Positions 1 through 9,504 of a stretch of 64,000 nt of DNA are shown here, one piece after another. A program made the position numbers and the translations under genes. Within the stretch, counting starts at the first letter, position 1. Each line of letters starts with the position of its first letter. The notes below the pieces were generated by a model that saw only the letters and a program-made list of their open reading frames with translations, was not told the origin of the DNA and made no database searches. This DNA comes from Alphaproteobacteria bacterium (GTDB lineage: Bacteria; Pseudomonadota; Alphaproteobacteria; Bin95), in the NCBI GenBank assembly GCA_964291285.2, contig OZ219789.1:256001-320000 (forward strand), read 5' to 3'.

Positions 1-493
1 AGGTCGCGTCCAGCCACAGATACGGCCAGTCGCCCTCCAGCGGCCGGTCGAGGAAGTCGCGGATCTTGTCGTCGATCTCGCCGCACAGCCTGGACACCTG
101 GCTCTTGGAGATGCCCGACATGCCCATCGCCTGCACCAGGTCGTCGACCGAGCGGGTGGATACGCCCTTGATGTAGGCCTCCTGGATCACCGCCGTCAGC
201 GCCTTCTCCGCCATCCGCCGCGGCTCAAGGAAGCCCGGGAAGTAGCTCCCCTTGCGCAGCTTCGGGATCTTCAGCTCGACCGTGCCGGCGCGCGTCTCCC
301 AGACCCGGTCGCGGTAGCCGTTGCGGTGCGTGATCCGGTCCGGCGAACGCTCGCCGTGCCCGGCGCCCGCAAGGCCCTCAACCTCAAGCGCCATCAGACG
401 CGCGGCCGTGAACCCGATCATCTCGCGAAGCAGATCGGCGTCGGAACTCTTCTCCAACAGCGCCCGCAGGGTCATCATGTCGGTGGTGGTCAT
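1..493 (-). CDS. IS256-family transposase, 5' part (runs off the window)
   Basis: Hand translation gives [28 protein letters not shown]...[30 protein letters not shown]...[12 protein letters not shown]...WPYLWLDAT, the typical IS256 N-terminus. Confidence 0.92.
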   Translation of the reverse strand, partial: MTTTDMMTLRALLEKSSDADLLREMIGFTAARLMALEVEGLAGAGHGERSPDRITHRNGYRDRVWETRAGTVELKIPKLRKGSYFPGFLEPRRMAEKALTAVIQEAYIKGVSTRSVDDLVQAMGMSGISKSQVSRLCGEIDDKIRDFLDRPLEGDWPYLWLDAT

Positions 494-672
494 CGTGGTA
501 CTCCTCCGGTCGGATGGACTGTGGAAGCCCAACCCTACCGGCACCGCGATGGTCATCCGCTATGGATAAGTGGCCCGCCGCCGCCAGACTCCAGACGGTC
601 GCGGCGGCGGGCCACTTACCCACAGCTACCGATGGTGGCTCCAGCTCCTACACCACGCCTGGGGGCACGACC
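1..672 (-). mobile_element. IS256-family element, end at ~672
   Basis: Transposase plus a likely terminal sequence GGTCGTGCCCCCAGGCGTGGTGTAG on the minus strand; composition changes after 672. The other end is outside the window. Confidence 0.7.
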
Positions 673-931
673 TCCTCAGGCGGCGGAATGGTGGCTGACA
701 TATTTGCGGCCCGTGGAAGGCAATGGCCTCTTTGTTCTCAACAGGAGTGGCTGCGCGCGACAGCATCCGGAGTCATTGCTCAAGGTGCTGAAAAAGGTAA
801 TCCATGCTGATGTTCTGCGAGCCTATAACAAGACTGCTCTCAAGGAATTGCTCGACGCTGTGTGCGCCAGGAATTGCGAAATTTCTGGCGATCTTCGGTT
901 TCAAAAGTTGTACGGAATCGCCACACAATGA
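673..931 (+). pseudogene. 3' remnant of a gene interrupted by IS256; resembles the C-terminus of SIR2/DUF4020 (Dsr1-like) defence proteins
   Basis: Open frame PQAAEWWLTYLRPVEGNGLFVLNRSGCARQHPESLLKVLKKVI...LKELLDAV...DLRFQKLYGIATQ*, AT-richer, begins at the IS end. Family resemblance is from memory. Confidence 0.45.
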
Positions 932-1131
932 GCAGGCGCGGGCAAGGGCAGCATCGGCGTCTTCTTGCGCCGGGCCGGGATCCGCCATAAGCCGCCCGTA
1001 TCGCCGGGACGCCGCAGAGCCGGATCGACGCACTCCTTACCTGAACCGGCGGGACCACCGGCAACCTGATCGGGGCGCATGGCAAAGACCCCGCCTGACC
1101 CTCCCCGATCAGCTCGACGCCCGCGACAAAC

Positions 1132-2481
1132 TCAGATCTCGATACCCTGCGGTCTTCGGTGGATGCTTGCATCCGATCGCTCCGGATCCCCGGTTCTGCC
1201 CCGAAGAGGAACCCCCTCCCTCTCTGGCGCGGTTGGCTTTCCGGGACCCGGGAACCCGGGCATGGCAGCCGACACATCGCCGTGCTCCGCCTTGTCCGAC
1301 AGTGGGGGCGGTTCCGCCCTGTACCCCATTGCTCGCGCGATGACGGCCGCAGCCTGCGCGGCGGCGTCGCGCAGCGCGCCATCGTCGAGATGGGCGTAGA
1401 TCGCGGTGGTCTCCCGCTTGCGGTGTCCGAGCAGCCGTCCGACCGTGGTGAGCCCGACGCCGTTCATGACGCCCTGCGAGGCCCAGGTGTGGCGGCAGTC
1501 GTGGATGCGAAGGCCCGGAAGCCCCGCCTCGTCGCGGATACCGCACCAGAAGGTGTAGAGCCTTGCCGGTGTGAGGATCTCGGGGAACACCCGCTCCCGG
1601 CCATCCGGTCGCGGCAGCGCCTCGACCAGCCTTGCCGCTTCGGGTCCGAGCCAGATGGTGCGCGGGCCGGTCTTGGAGTCTTCGATGCGCGCGCTCGCGC
1701 CGTCTCCGGCCAGCTCACCGATCTCGTCCCACCTGAGGTTGATGACTTCGGAGAGCCGCGCTCCGGTCAGGGTCAGCAGCCGGATGGCCGCCACCGGCCA
1801 GGGGTGTTCCTCCCGGTGGCGGTCGAGCACCGCGCCGAGACGCTCCAGCTCTTCGCGGCTGAGGTAGCGCGCGACGGGCTTGCGGGGGTTCTTCACGATG
1901 TTGGCGCAGGCATCGGGGACATGCTCGCCGATGTCACCCCACTGCCGGGCCGTCCCGAGCATGGCGCGGAGTATCTCGAAGGCGCGGTTGGCCGCGCCGG
2001 GCCTGTCCGCGCTGGCGGCGTCGAACCATGCCGAGACCCGCGCATGGTCGATGGCGTCGAGCCGGAGCCTGCCGAAGTGCGGCATCAGGCGGTTCTTCAT
2101 GTAGCTATCGAAGGTCTTGAGCGAGGACGGCTTCCAGCGGTGTTTCCGCCGCGAGCGGTAACGGGCGGCGAAGTCCCGGAACAGCGGCGCCTTCTCCTTG
2201 CGCGGCGGCGTCACGTCCTCGCCGCCCCACAGGCGGGCGAGCACGGCCGCGCCTTCCCGGCGGGCCGCGTCGAGAGGCAGTTCGGGGAAACGCCCGAGGG
2301 TGATCTTGCGCATGCGTCCCCGGACGCGGGTCTGGACGATCCAGGACCGGACGCCGGAGGGCTGCACCCTGACCCCGAAATGCGCCAGCAGATTGTCCCA
2401 CAGGGTGTATTCCCGTTCCGCCGGCTTGGCGGCGGCGACGGCCTTCACGGTGAGCCGGACACGATGCCTGCCGCCGCTCAT
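1132..2481 (-). CDS. Tyrosine recombinase/integrase Int2 with N-terminal arm-binding domain (left copy)
   Basis: Motifs TGARLSE, DSKTG, RIHDCRH, LLGH, AIYAH. Start MSGGRHRVRLT overlaps the upstream stop (ATGA). Confidence 0.93.
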   Translation of the reverse strand: MSGGRHRVRLTVKAVAAAKPAEREYTLWDNLLAHFGVRVQPSGVRSWIVQTRVRGRMRKITLGRFPELPLDAARREGAAVLARLWGGEDVTPPRKEKAPLFRDFAARYRSRRKHRWKPSSLKTFDSYMKNRLMPHFGRLRLDAIDHARVSAWFDAASADRPGAANRAFEILRAMLGTARQWGDIGEHVPDACANIVKNPRKPVARYLSREELERLGAVLDRHREEHPWPVAAIRLLTLTGARLSEVINLRWDEIGELAGDGASARIEDSKTGPRTIWLGPEAARLVEALPRPDGRERVFPEILTPARLYTFWCGIRDEAGLPGLRIHDCRHTWASQGVMNGVGLTTVGRLLGHRKRETTAIYAHLDDGALRDAAAQAAAVIARAMGYRAEPPPLSDKAEHGDVSAAMPGFPGPGKPTAPEREGVPLRGRTGDPERSDASIHRRPQGIEI

Positions 2482-3614
2482 CGCCCGCTCTCCTTCCCGG
2501 TCATGGCCTCGTGGACGATGCCGGAGATGCGCCCGGCCGCCTCGCGGACATGCTCGTCGGCGAGATGGGCGTAGCGTTCGGTGGAGGCGGTGTCGGCATG
2601 GCCGAGCAGGCGGCCGACGGTGTAGAGGTCGAGGCCGCTCATCACGGCATGGGAGGCGAAGGTATGCCGGCAGTCGTGGATGCGCACATCGTCCAGCCCG
2701 GCGAGACCGCGCAGCTTCTGCCAGCGCAGGCCGAGGTCGGTCATCGGGCCGTCGCCCTTCCCGTTCGGGAAGACGAAGCGTCCCTCGCGCGGCAGGCCAT
2801 TCAGGACGGCCCGCGCGGGCGGGGGAAGCTGGAGCGCCTTCGGTCCGGTCTTGGAGTCCGGCAACACCGCGCGGGTGTCCCGTATCCAGTCCCATTGCAG
2901 GCCGGCGATCTCGGACGACCGGGCGCCGGTGAACAGCAGCAGGCGGATGGCGGCGGCGGCCTGCCGGTCCTCCGCATGGTCGAGGACGAAACCGAGGCGC
3001 TTCAACTCGTCCAGGGACAGGAACCGCTCGCGCGGCGCCGTCCTGTAGCGCCGCATGTTGCGGCAGGGGTTGGAGCCCTGCGGGCGAAGGTCCCACAGCT
3101 CCGCCTGCCGCATCATCACCGAGAGCACCGGCAGGGTCCGGTTGGCGCTGCCGGGGGTTCCGCTGAGGGAATCGAACCAGCGCCGCACATCGGCGCGGTC
3201 GATCTTCGCGACGGGCATCGCGCCGAAGAAGGGCACGAGGCGGCGCTCGATCAGATGGGCGTTAGCCTTCCTCGTGGAGGGTTTCCAGCGCCGCCCCTGG
3301 CGGCGCATGAAGTCGGCCGCGAAGTCGGCGAACAGCGGCCCGGTCTCGCGGTCGGCTTTGGCTTCGGCGATGGCGGCAATGGCCTTCTCCCTCGCCTCGG
3401 CGGCGGTCATGTCGTCGGTCGTGCCGAGGATCGCCCTGGGCACGCCGAACTGGCGTGAGGTCCGGACGAAGAAGGTCTTCGTCCCGTTCCCGGCGACGGT
3501 GAAGCCGAAGGCGGGCAGGTCCCTGTCGATGACGGTCAGGCCGTATCGTCCGGGTTTCTTCTCCCTGAAGGTGCGGCGGACCGTCCGCTCGTTGACGGGG
3601 GCATGGATGCGCAT
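2478..3614 (-). CDS. Tyrosine recombinase/integrase Int1 (left copy)
   Basis: Motifs TGARSSE, DSKTG, RIHDCRH, LLGH, ERYAH; GGAGA RBS before MRIHAPVN. Confidence 0.93.
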   Translation of the reverse strand: MRIHAPVNERTVRRTFREKKPGRYGLTVIDRDLPAFGFTVAGNGTKTFFVRTSRQFGVPRAILGTTDDMTAAEAREKAIAAIAEAKADRETGPLFADFAADFMRRQGRRWKPSTRKANAHLIERRLVPFFGAMPVAKIDRADVRRWFDSLSGTPGSANRTLPVLSVMMRQAELWDLRPQGSNPCRNMRRYRTAPRERFLSLDELKRLGFVLDHAEDRQAAAAIRLLLFTGARSSEIAGLQWDWIRDTRAVLPDSKTGPKALQLPPPARAVLNGLPREGRFVFPNGKGDGPMTDLGLRWQKLRGLAGLDDVRIHDCRHTFASHAVMSGLDLYTVGRLLGHADTASTERYAHLADEHVREAAGRISGIVHEAMTGKESGR

Positions 3615-4211
3615 GGGCGTGTCTCCGTTGTCTGTTCCCTCGGGCGCCGTCCGTCCCGGGGGAACGGAACGGCGCTCCTGAACGGACAACGCGACCCGCG
3701 CGCGGGACCGCGGTCAGAGGCCGGGCCAGGCCCAACCGCCTGTCACGCAACGGAAAACTGCCGACCGATGCACACCGGCCGGGCCTCGCTCCCTGCATCA
3801 AGGATGCGTCGGGTGTGAGAACCGAGGCCGCCCCGGGCGGTCCGAAGCGGCCTGATTTGCTGCATTGACGTTGGGGGGATCGACGCCGGCGAGAGCGGCG
3901 GAGGGGAGCCGCCGCGGCGTGTGAGCGGCGGGCTGTGCGGCCGGAGGTGCAGGCAGTCGTGCGCAGCACGCTGCCGAAGGCTCGGGCGGTCATGTCCGCA
4001 CGGGTGCGGACAGCGTTGCACGGCGTGGTGCGGAGCGCGGTGTGCGGCGGAGCCGTCACCGGCGAGGCACGGAATGCAGCGGCGGCGAGCCGGGGCGGTG
4101 CCCGCAGCCGGCGCAGCCGGCCAGGGCGAGCGGGGCGCGTTCGCCGACGAGCGCGGTGCGCAGCGCCGGCGCGAGGAGACCGTTGCGGTCCGGCGGGCGG
4201 TGTGCGCATAC

Positions 4212-4250
4212 GAAAACGGGCCACGCCGGAGCGACGACATGGCCCGTCGA
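4212..4250 (-). terminator. Probable intrinsic terminator after the DUF2493 gene
   Basis: Minus strand ACGGGCCA...TGGCCCGT followed by T residues; an equivalent hairpin lies at 43871-43917. Confidence 0.55.
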
Positions 4251-4260
4251 GGTGCTGCGG

Positions 4261-5187
4261 TCAGGCGGCGCAGCGCTGCACGGGGATGCCGAGGCTGCGG
4301 GCCTTGTCGACGAGGTTGTCGGTGATGCCGGAGCCGGGGAAGGCGATGACGCCCTTCGGCAGGAGGTTGAGCAGTTCGTCGTTGCGGCGGAAGGGTGCGG
4401 CGCGACCGTGGCGGTCCCAGTCGGGCTTGCAGACGACCTGGTGGACGCCGTTGCGCTCTGCCCAGCTTGCGGCGATCTTCTCGACGCCGGGGCCGCCGCC
4501 GTGGACGAGCACCATGTCGGCATACTTGGCGCGGACCTTGTCGAGGCGCTCGATGACGGCCGCCGGGTTTGCGATGTCCTTGCCGCCGGCGATGGCGACG
4601 AGGGTTCCCTGGGGCAGGTGAGCCTGTGTCTTGCGGTCCTTTCGGGCGCGGACGAAGTCGCGGGCGTCGATGGCAGCGGAGGTCAGATGTCCGGTCTGGC
4701 TGGCGTGGCTGCCGCGCCGGGGCCGCCATGTGTCGCCGGTGTCTGCGCGGTAGGCTTCGGCGGCTTCGTCGCGGAGAGTCTCGAAGGCGTCGCGGCGTGC
4801 GGTGAGGCACTGTGCGCGGTCGGTCACGAGTTCCAGTTCCAGCGACCTGATCTCGGAGCCGTCCTGTGTGCGCTGGAGGTCCTGGAGTTCGGGGGTGAGC
4901 CTGTCGGCGGCGCGGTCGAGGCGCTGTGTCTGGGCGTGGAGCATGTTGACGAAGCCCCAGAGGAGGTGTTCGCGTTCGTCGGCCATCTGGTATCCGTCGG
5001 GCGCGACGCCCTGGCTGAGGATGCGGAAGGCTTCGGCGACGGCGGCGATGGCATCGTCCTCGTCCCAGACGTCGCGGGTGTCGAACTCGTCGCGCTCCGG
5101 GGTTGCGCCGAAGAGTGCGGCGTTGTCGCAGACGATCGCGGTTGCGGACTGCGCTGCGGTTTCGGTGGTATCGGTATGGAAGGTCAT
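4261..5187 (-). CDS. DUF2493 / YspA-like SLOG domain protein
   Basis: C-terminal motifs VAIAGGKD, LVHGGGPGVEKIA, W+HGRAAPFRRND, VIAFPGSGIT; RBS AAGGA. Confidence 0.85.
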   Translation of the reverse strand: MTFHTDTTETAAQSATAIVCDNAALFGATPERDEFDTRDVWDEDDAIAAVAEAFRILSQGVAPDGYQMADEREHLLWGFVNMLHAQTQRLDRAADRLTPELQDLQRTQDGSEIRSLELELVTDRAQCLTARRDAFETLRDEAAEAYRADTGDTWRPRRGSHASQTGHLTSAAIDARDFVRARKDRKTQAHLPQGTLVAIAGGKDIANPAAVIERLDKVRAKYADMVLVHGGGPGVEKIAASWAERNGVHQVVCKPDWDRHGRAAPFRRNDELLNLLPKGVIAFPGSGITDNLVDKARSLGIPVQRCAA

Positions 5188-5561
5188 GTGGTTTTCCTTT
5201 CGGTTTTCACGTTCGGGGCCGATCCCCGTTGTGATGTCCTGTCGGGGCACGCGCGCGCAGCAGAAGCACCCGGGCGTAGAAGCTCCTGGGCGGAGTGGTG
5301 CGGAAAGTCGGCGAGTGGTGCGGAAGATCGCCCTGCGATCTTCACGGTCGTCGACTTTCACGGTCCGCCCTTGGAGCTTCTTGCCCGGGCCGCAGGGAGC
5401 GGAGCGACCGGAGGACCCCGCAGGGGTTGCTGTCGCGAGCACGTGTGACACGATTGGAGATCACAGCGGGGTGGCGTATTTCTCTCGCCCTGCACGGACC
5501 CCATCGTCGTTTCGTCCCGGCACGGCGCCGGGAAGGATTTCCGGCCCTGCCCGCCTTTGCG

Positions 5562-5789
5562 TCAGTTCCACAGGGGATGGGAGTCGACCCGCTGCCGGGC
5601 GGTCTCGCGGATGCGGGCGCGGTCGTGGAGATAGACGGGGCCGCGCGGGTCTTCGTCGAGGTGTATGGCGAACACCCTGTGCCCCGGCCGGGTGCTGTCG
5701 TCGAAGGCGTGGACGTCTCCGACATGATCGCCGTCCCGGTAGATGCGGGATTCGTCGGGGGCGATGCGGCGGAAGGAGATGGTGCTCAT
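5562..5789 (-). CDS. Hypothetical protein (75 aa)
   Basis: MSTISFRRIAPDESRIYRDG..., RBS AAGGAGG, ATGA overlap with the DUF4326 stop. Confidence 0.7.
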   Translation of the reverse strand: MSTISFRRIAPDESRIYRDGDHVGDVHAFDDSTRPGHRVFAIHLDEDPRGPVYLHDRARIRETARQRVDSHPLWN

Positions 5790-6142
5790 GACGCGCCTCC
5801 TTCCGTCCGGCCGGTGTTGCGCTGCGCCAGCTGCCCAAATGCCCATTCCGCGGCCCGGGCGAGGACATCGCCGTGGCAGGGCAGCGGCTCGCACCAGCAG
5901 GCGAGCCAGCAGCCGTCCAGTTCGGCCAAATCTTCGAGGGTAATCTCGCCCGCGCGGATGCGGCGCCAGAGGTCGGCGCGATAGCGGGCGATTGCCTGCG
6001 CGCGGTCCTGCCCGGTGCCGATGCGGAACGGATTGCCCCACCTGGTGCGGCGGTCGATCAGAACGGTGTTGTCGACGACCTGCGCGTATTCAAACGCCTC
6101 GCGCAGCCGGGGCTCGGTCTTCAGGTTGACGACGGCTTTCAT
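5786..6142 (-). CDS. DUF4326 domain protein
   Basis: Signature motifs IDRRTRWGNPF and LACWCEPLPCHGDVL. Confidence 0.88.
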   Translation of the reverse strand: MKAVVNLKTEPRLREAFEYAQVVDNTVLIDRRTRWGNPFRIGTGQDRAQAIARYRADLWRRIRAGEITLEDLAELDGCWLACWCEPLPCHGDVLARAAEWAFGQLAQRNTGRTEGGAS

Positions 6143-7180
6143 GGACTCCCTCCACTCCTCGGGTCGGCTTGCCCGACCCTCCGCTCTCCTCTTCCTCCCC
6201 CGGACCGGGAGCCCGCTCCGGCCTGCGGGCCGGAGGCGCAGGAGGGGGTGCGGAACAGCGGCGCGAAGCGGGCGCGGAGCGTTGCCGGGCCGAGGGCGAC
6301 GAGGTCGTCGTTGAAATCGTTGCCGGCGGGCAGGATGACGGTGGCGGCGACGCCCGCCCGCGCGCAGCGCCGGGCGAGGCGTTCGGCCGCGAGCGCGCCG
6401 TGCTTGTCATTGTCCTGCGCGATGACCAGCCGCGCGAGACCGGGCGGCGGCGCGAACGCGCCGAGGCTCCCGGCCGAGAGCGCGGCGGCGGCCGTGATCT
6501 CGGGCACGGCGGTGACCAGCGAGAGGACCGTCTCGATGCCCTCGCCGACGACGAGCGGCGCGTGGCCGGCAGGCGCGCCGAAGCGCACCGCGAGGCCGTG
6601 GATTCGGCCGAGCGCCTTGCGCGGCGCGGCGATGTCCGCCTTGGCGGGTGCGCGGGGATCGAGCCAGGTGCGCTGCACGCCGAGGATGGCGCCGTCGCCG
6701 CCGGTGACGGCGGCGACCAGCGCCGGGAAGCGGCGCACTGCCGGGCCTTCGCGGTAGCGAAGCTCCGGGTGATAGCGCAGCGCCGCGAAGCGGCAGCGCG
6801 CGAGCCCGCGCGCGTGGAGATAACGCTCGGCGTGGGTGTCGGCGATGGCGCGGCAGCGCCGCCACAGGCGGCGGGCAGTCTCTGTCGCGTCCCAGGGCGC
6901 GTCCGGGGCTCCCGGATACCCGGAACAGGTCCGGGCACTGTCCGGGGCAGGCTTCAGGGCGAGGAAAGCGCGCGCCTCGTCGAGCGCCGCGCGCAGCGTC
7001 GGCGCGCCCGAGCGGTAGCGGACCAGATCGAGCAGGTCGCCGTGCGTGCCCCGGGCCGCATCGGTCCACTTGCCCGGCGTGCCGGGTCCGGAGAGGCGGA
7101 CGAAGAGCGAGCGTCCGCGGGCGCCGTCGAGGTCGCCGCAGATCCAGTAGCGCCCCTGCCGGCGGCCATGGGGCAGATAG
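6139..7180 (-). pseudogene. Toprim-domain primase-like protein, 5' end (~25 codons) removed at IS1634
   Basis: VVGEGIETVLS, IAQDND, NDFNDDL; homologous to intact 40963-42054 but stops at the IS1634 inverted repeat. Confidence 0.85.
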
Positions 7181-7331
7181 CCCGACTTCCGCAACTCGGC
7201 TTGAGAATCGACTGATTTGACGGTTTTCCGGCGCGAGAAGTGTCGGATTTCGGTGCAGTACCTCTCGGGACCGGCTTGTAGTGCCGACCTACCCCCTTGA
7301 TCGGGCTGGCGAAGATCCGGACGCTGCGCTG

Positions 7332-9080
7332 ATGTTCGTGCGCTGCAAGAGACGCTTCAAGGACGGCAAGGAGCACCGCTACTGGAGCGTTGTGGAGAAC
7401 GTCCGGGTCCACGGCGGTCGGGTTGTTCAGCGTCAGGTGCTCTATCTCGGGGAGATCAACGACAGCCAGCGAGCGGCGTGGTGCCGCTCGATCGAGGTGG
7501 TGGAGGGCAAGTCGCGATCACGGCAGATGGCGCTGTTTCCCGAGGACCGGGAGGCGCCGGCGCTGACTTGCGAAGTGGTGAAGATCGACCTCTCGCAGGT
7601 GGCGCTTCACGACCCGCGCCAGTGGGGGGCGTGCTGGCTGGCGCTGTCCTTGTGGGACCGCCTGGACCTGGACCGCTTCTGGGAAGAGCGGCTGCCGGCG
7701 AGCCGGCAAGGCACGCGGTGGCTGGACATCCTGAAGATCCAGGTCTGCTACCGGCTGATCGACCCGGGCAGCGAGTGGCGCCTTCACCGTCACTGGTATG
7801 AGCACAGCGCGCTTCGCGATCTTCTGGGTGGCGAGCGGGCGATCGCCGACGACACACTCTATCGCTGTCTCGACAAGCTGCTGGCGCACAAGCAGGGCTT
7901 CTTCTCGTTTCTGCGCGACCGCTGGGCGACGCTGTTCGAGGCGCGCTTCGACGTGCTGCTCTACGACCTGACCTCGACCTACTTCGAGAGCGATCCGCCG
8001 TTCGATGACAAGCGCCGCTTCGGCTACAGCCGGGACAAGCGGCCCGACTGCGTGCAGGTGGTGATCGCCCTGATCGTTACGCCGCAGGGCTTTCCGCTGG
8101 CCTATGAGGTGATGCCGGGCAACACCTCCGACGACACCACGCTGGCGGCGTTCCTCAAGAAGATCGAGGATCAGTATGGCCGCTCCGAGCGGGTGTGGAT
8201 CATGGACCGCGGCATCCCCACCGAGGAGACGCTGGCCGCGATGCGCGAGGGCGAGGCGCCGGTGCGCTACCTGGTGGGCACGCCCAAGGGCCGGCTGACG
8301 CGGCTCGAGAAGGTGTTCCTGGGCCTGCCCTGGCAGGAGGTGCGCCAGTCCGTGACTGTCAAGCTTCTGGTCGAGGATGGCGAGCTCTACGTCCTGGTGC
8401 GCAGCGAGGGGCGGCAGGTGAAGGAACGCGGCATGCGCCGGCGCCGGCTGAAGAGGCTGTGGCGTCGATTGGCCGAGTTGCAAGGGCAGTCGAACAGCCG
8501 GGATCAGTTGTTGCTCAAGCTCGGCGCCGCCAGGAAGGAGGCCGGCCGGGCCTGGAGCCTGGTCGACATCACCGTGCCCGGGACCGACAGCGAACTCGCC
8601 GCCAACGGCTTCTCATTCCGCCTGCAGCGCGACCGGCTGCGCCAGGTCCGCCGCCGCGAGGGCCGTTACCTGCTGCGATCCAACATGGTCGCCGAAGACC
8701 CCGCCACGCTGTGGCATCTGTACATGCAGCTCGTCGAGATCGAGCAGGCGTTCAAGGAACTCAAGCACGACCTCGCGATCCGCCCCATCTTCCATCAGCG
8801 CCAAGAGCGCATCGAGGCGCATATCTTCGTCTCGTTCATCGCCTACTGCCTGCTGGTGACCCTGAAGAACCTCGCCCGGCCGCGCGCCCCGGGCCTCACC
8901 CCACGCGCCATCCTTGAGGCCTTCGCCACCATCCAGATGGTGGACGTCCATCTGCCAACCACCGACGGCCGGCACCTCGTCCTGCCGCGCCACACCCGGC
9001 CGAACAAGGAGCACGAGCTACTGCTGCAACAGCTCGGCATGACCTGGCCGCAGCAACCCGCACCCCGGATCTCCGCCTGA
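7332..9080 (+). CDS. IS1634-family DDE transposase
   Basis: LYDLTSTYFE, FGYSRDKRPD, IMDRGI, IEQAFKELK, IRPIFH, RIEAHIFVSF. Confidence 0.92.
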   Translation: MFVRCKRRFKDGKEHRYWSVVENVRVHGGRVVQRQVLYLGEINDSQRAAWCRSIEVVEGKSRSRQMALFPEDREAPALTCEVVKIDLSQVALHDPRQWGACWLALSLWDRLDLDRFWEERLPASRQGTRWLDILKIQVCYRLIDPGSEWRLHRHWYEHSALRDLLGGERAIADDTLYRCLDKLLAHKQGFFSFLRDRWATLFEARFDVLLYDLTSTYFESDPPFDDKRRFGYSRDKRPDCVQVVIALIVTPQGFPLAYEVMPGNTSDDTTLAAFLKKIEDQYGRSERVWIMDRGIPTEETLAAMREGEAPVRYLVGTPKGRLTRLEKVFLGLPWQEVRQSVTVKLLVEDGELYVLVRSEGRQVKERGMRRRRLKRLWRRLAELQGQSNSRDQLLLKLGAARKEAGRAWSLVDITVPGTDSELAANGFSFRLQRDRLRQVRRREGRYLLRSNMVAEDPATLWHLYMQLVEIEQAFKELKHDLAIRPIFHQRQERIEAHIFVSFIAYCLLVTLKNLARPRAPGLTPRAILEAFATIQMVDVHLPTTDGRHLVLPRHTRPNKEHELLLQQLGMTWPQQPAPRISA

Positions 9081-9160
9081 CGGCACACGGCGCCGCCTCT
9101 CCGTTCGCCGCCTTGTAGTGCCGACCCTCGGGGAGACGATCAAGGCTATTCAATGAGTTA

Positions 9161-9292
9161 TACCAACGGTCGTTGATTGGAACCTATAGCAGAGCCGCCC
9201 TCCGCAGCTCGCCTCCTGAGCCGAGGCCTCCTACTGCAAGAGGTAATCTCCGCCGAGAGAGGCTAATCGGTTCTTATCTGTGGCCGGTGGTA
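9161..9292. mobile_element. 132-bp MITE-like element, copy 1 (TSD TTA)
   Basis: Near-identical to 55369-55500; imperfect ~30-bp terminal IR TACCA...TGGTA; flanked by TTA/TTA. Confidence 0.85.
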
Positions 9293-9366
9293 TTAGCATC
9301 CTCATGACCCCCGAGTTGCGGAAGTCGGGTTAGCATCCTCATGACCCCCGAGTTGCGGAAGTCGGG
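9293..9366 (+). repeat. 37-bp tandem duplication containing the IS1634 right IR
   Basis: TTAGCATCCTCATGACCCCCGAGTTGCGGAAGTCGGG occurs twice in a row. Confidence 0.9.
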
Positions 9367-9504
9367 TTAGGTAAGGCCGGTCAAGCTCCCCAAGACGGCA
9401 AGCAGGAGGACCAAGCAGGAGGACATAGCCGAGAAGACGGTAAATGTGGAAATAGAACCGAGGGCCACGTGCGGAGTTGGACGATGATGCCCGGAAGTAG
9501 AGCG

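Larger units (their letters stand above)
1081..7180 (-). repeat. Left copy of the inverted primase-DUF4326-SLOG-Int1-Int2 module (partner ~41037-47454)
   Basis: Same gene order and homologous proteins in opposite orientation; homology ends at GGGGTCTTTGCC on one side and at IS1634 on the other. Confidence 0.92.
7181..9329 (+). mobile_element. IS1634-family element
   Basis: Terminal IR CCCGACTTCCGCAACTCGG (7181-7199) / CCGAGTTGCGGAAGTCGGG (9311-9329, repeated 9348-9366); subterminal direct repeat CTTGTAGTGCCGACC (7275-7289, 9112-9126); no matching TSD. Confidence 0.88.

Noticed and set aside
9161-9292. MITE as a twister ribozyme, or as an IS630-type TA-duplicating element
   Set aside because: Only GCGGAGGG resembles twister; a TA TSD does not restore the interrupted transposase frame while a 3-bp TSD does.
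9293-9370. 37-bp repeat as a CRISPR array
   Set aside because: The two units are adjacent with no spacer, the sequence is the IS1634 end, and there are no cas genes.
9398-9423. 13-bp tandem repeat CAAGCAGGAGGAC
   Set aside because: Two units in a junction remnant; no functional context.
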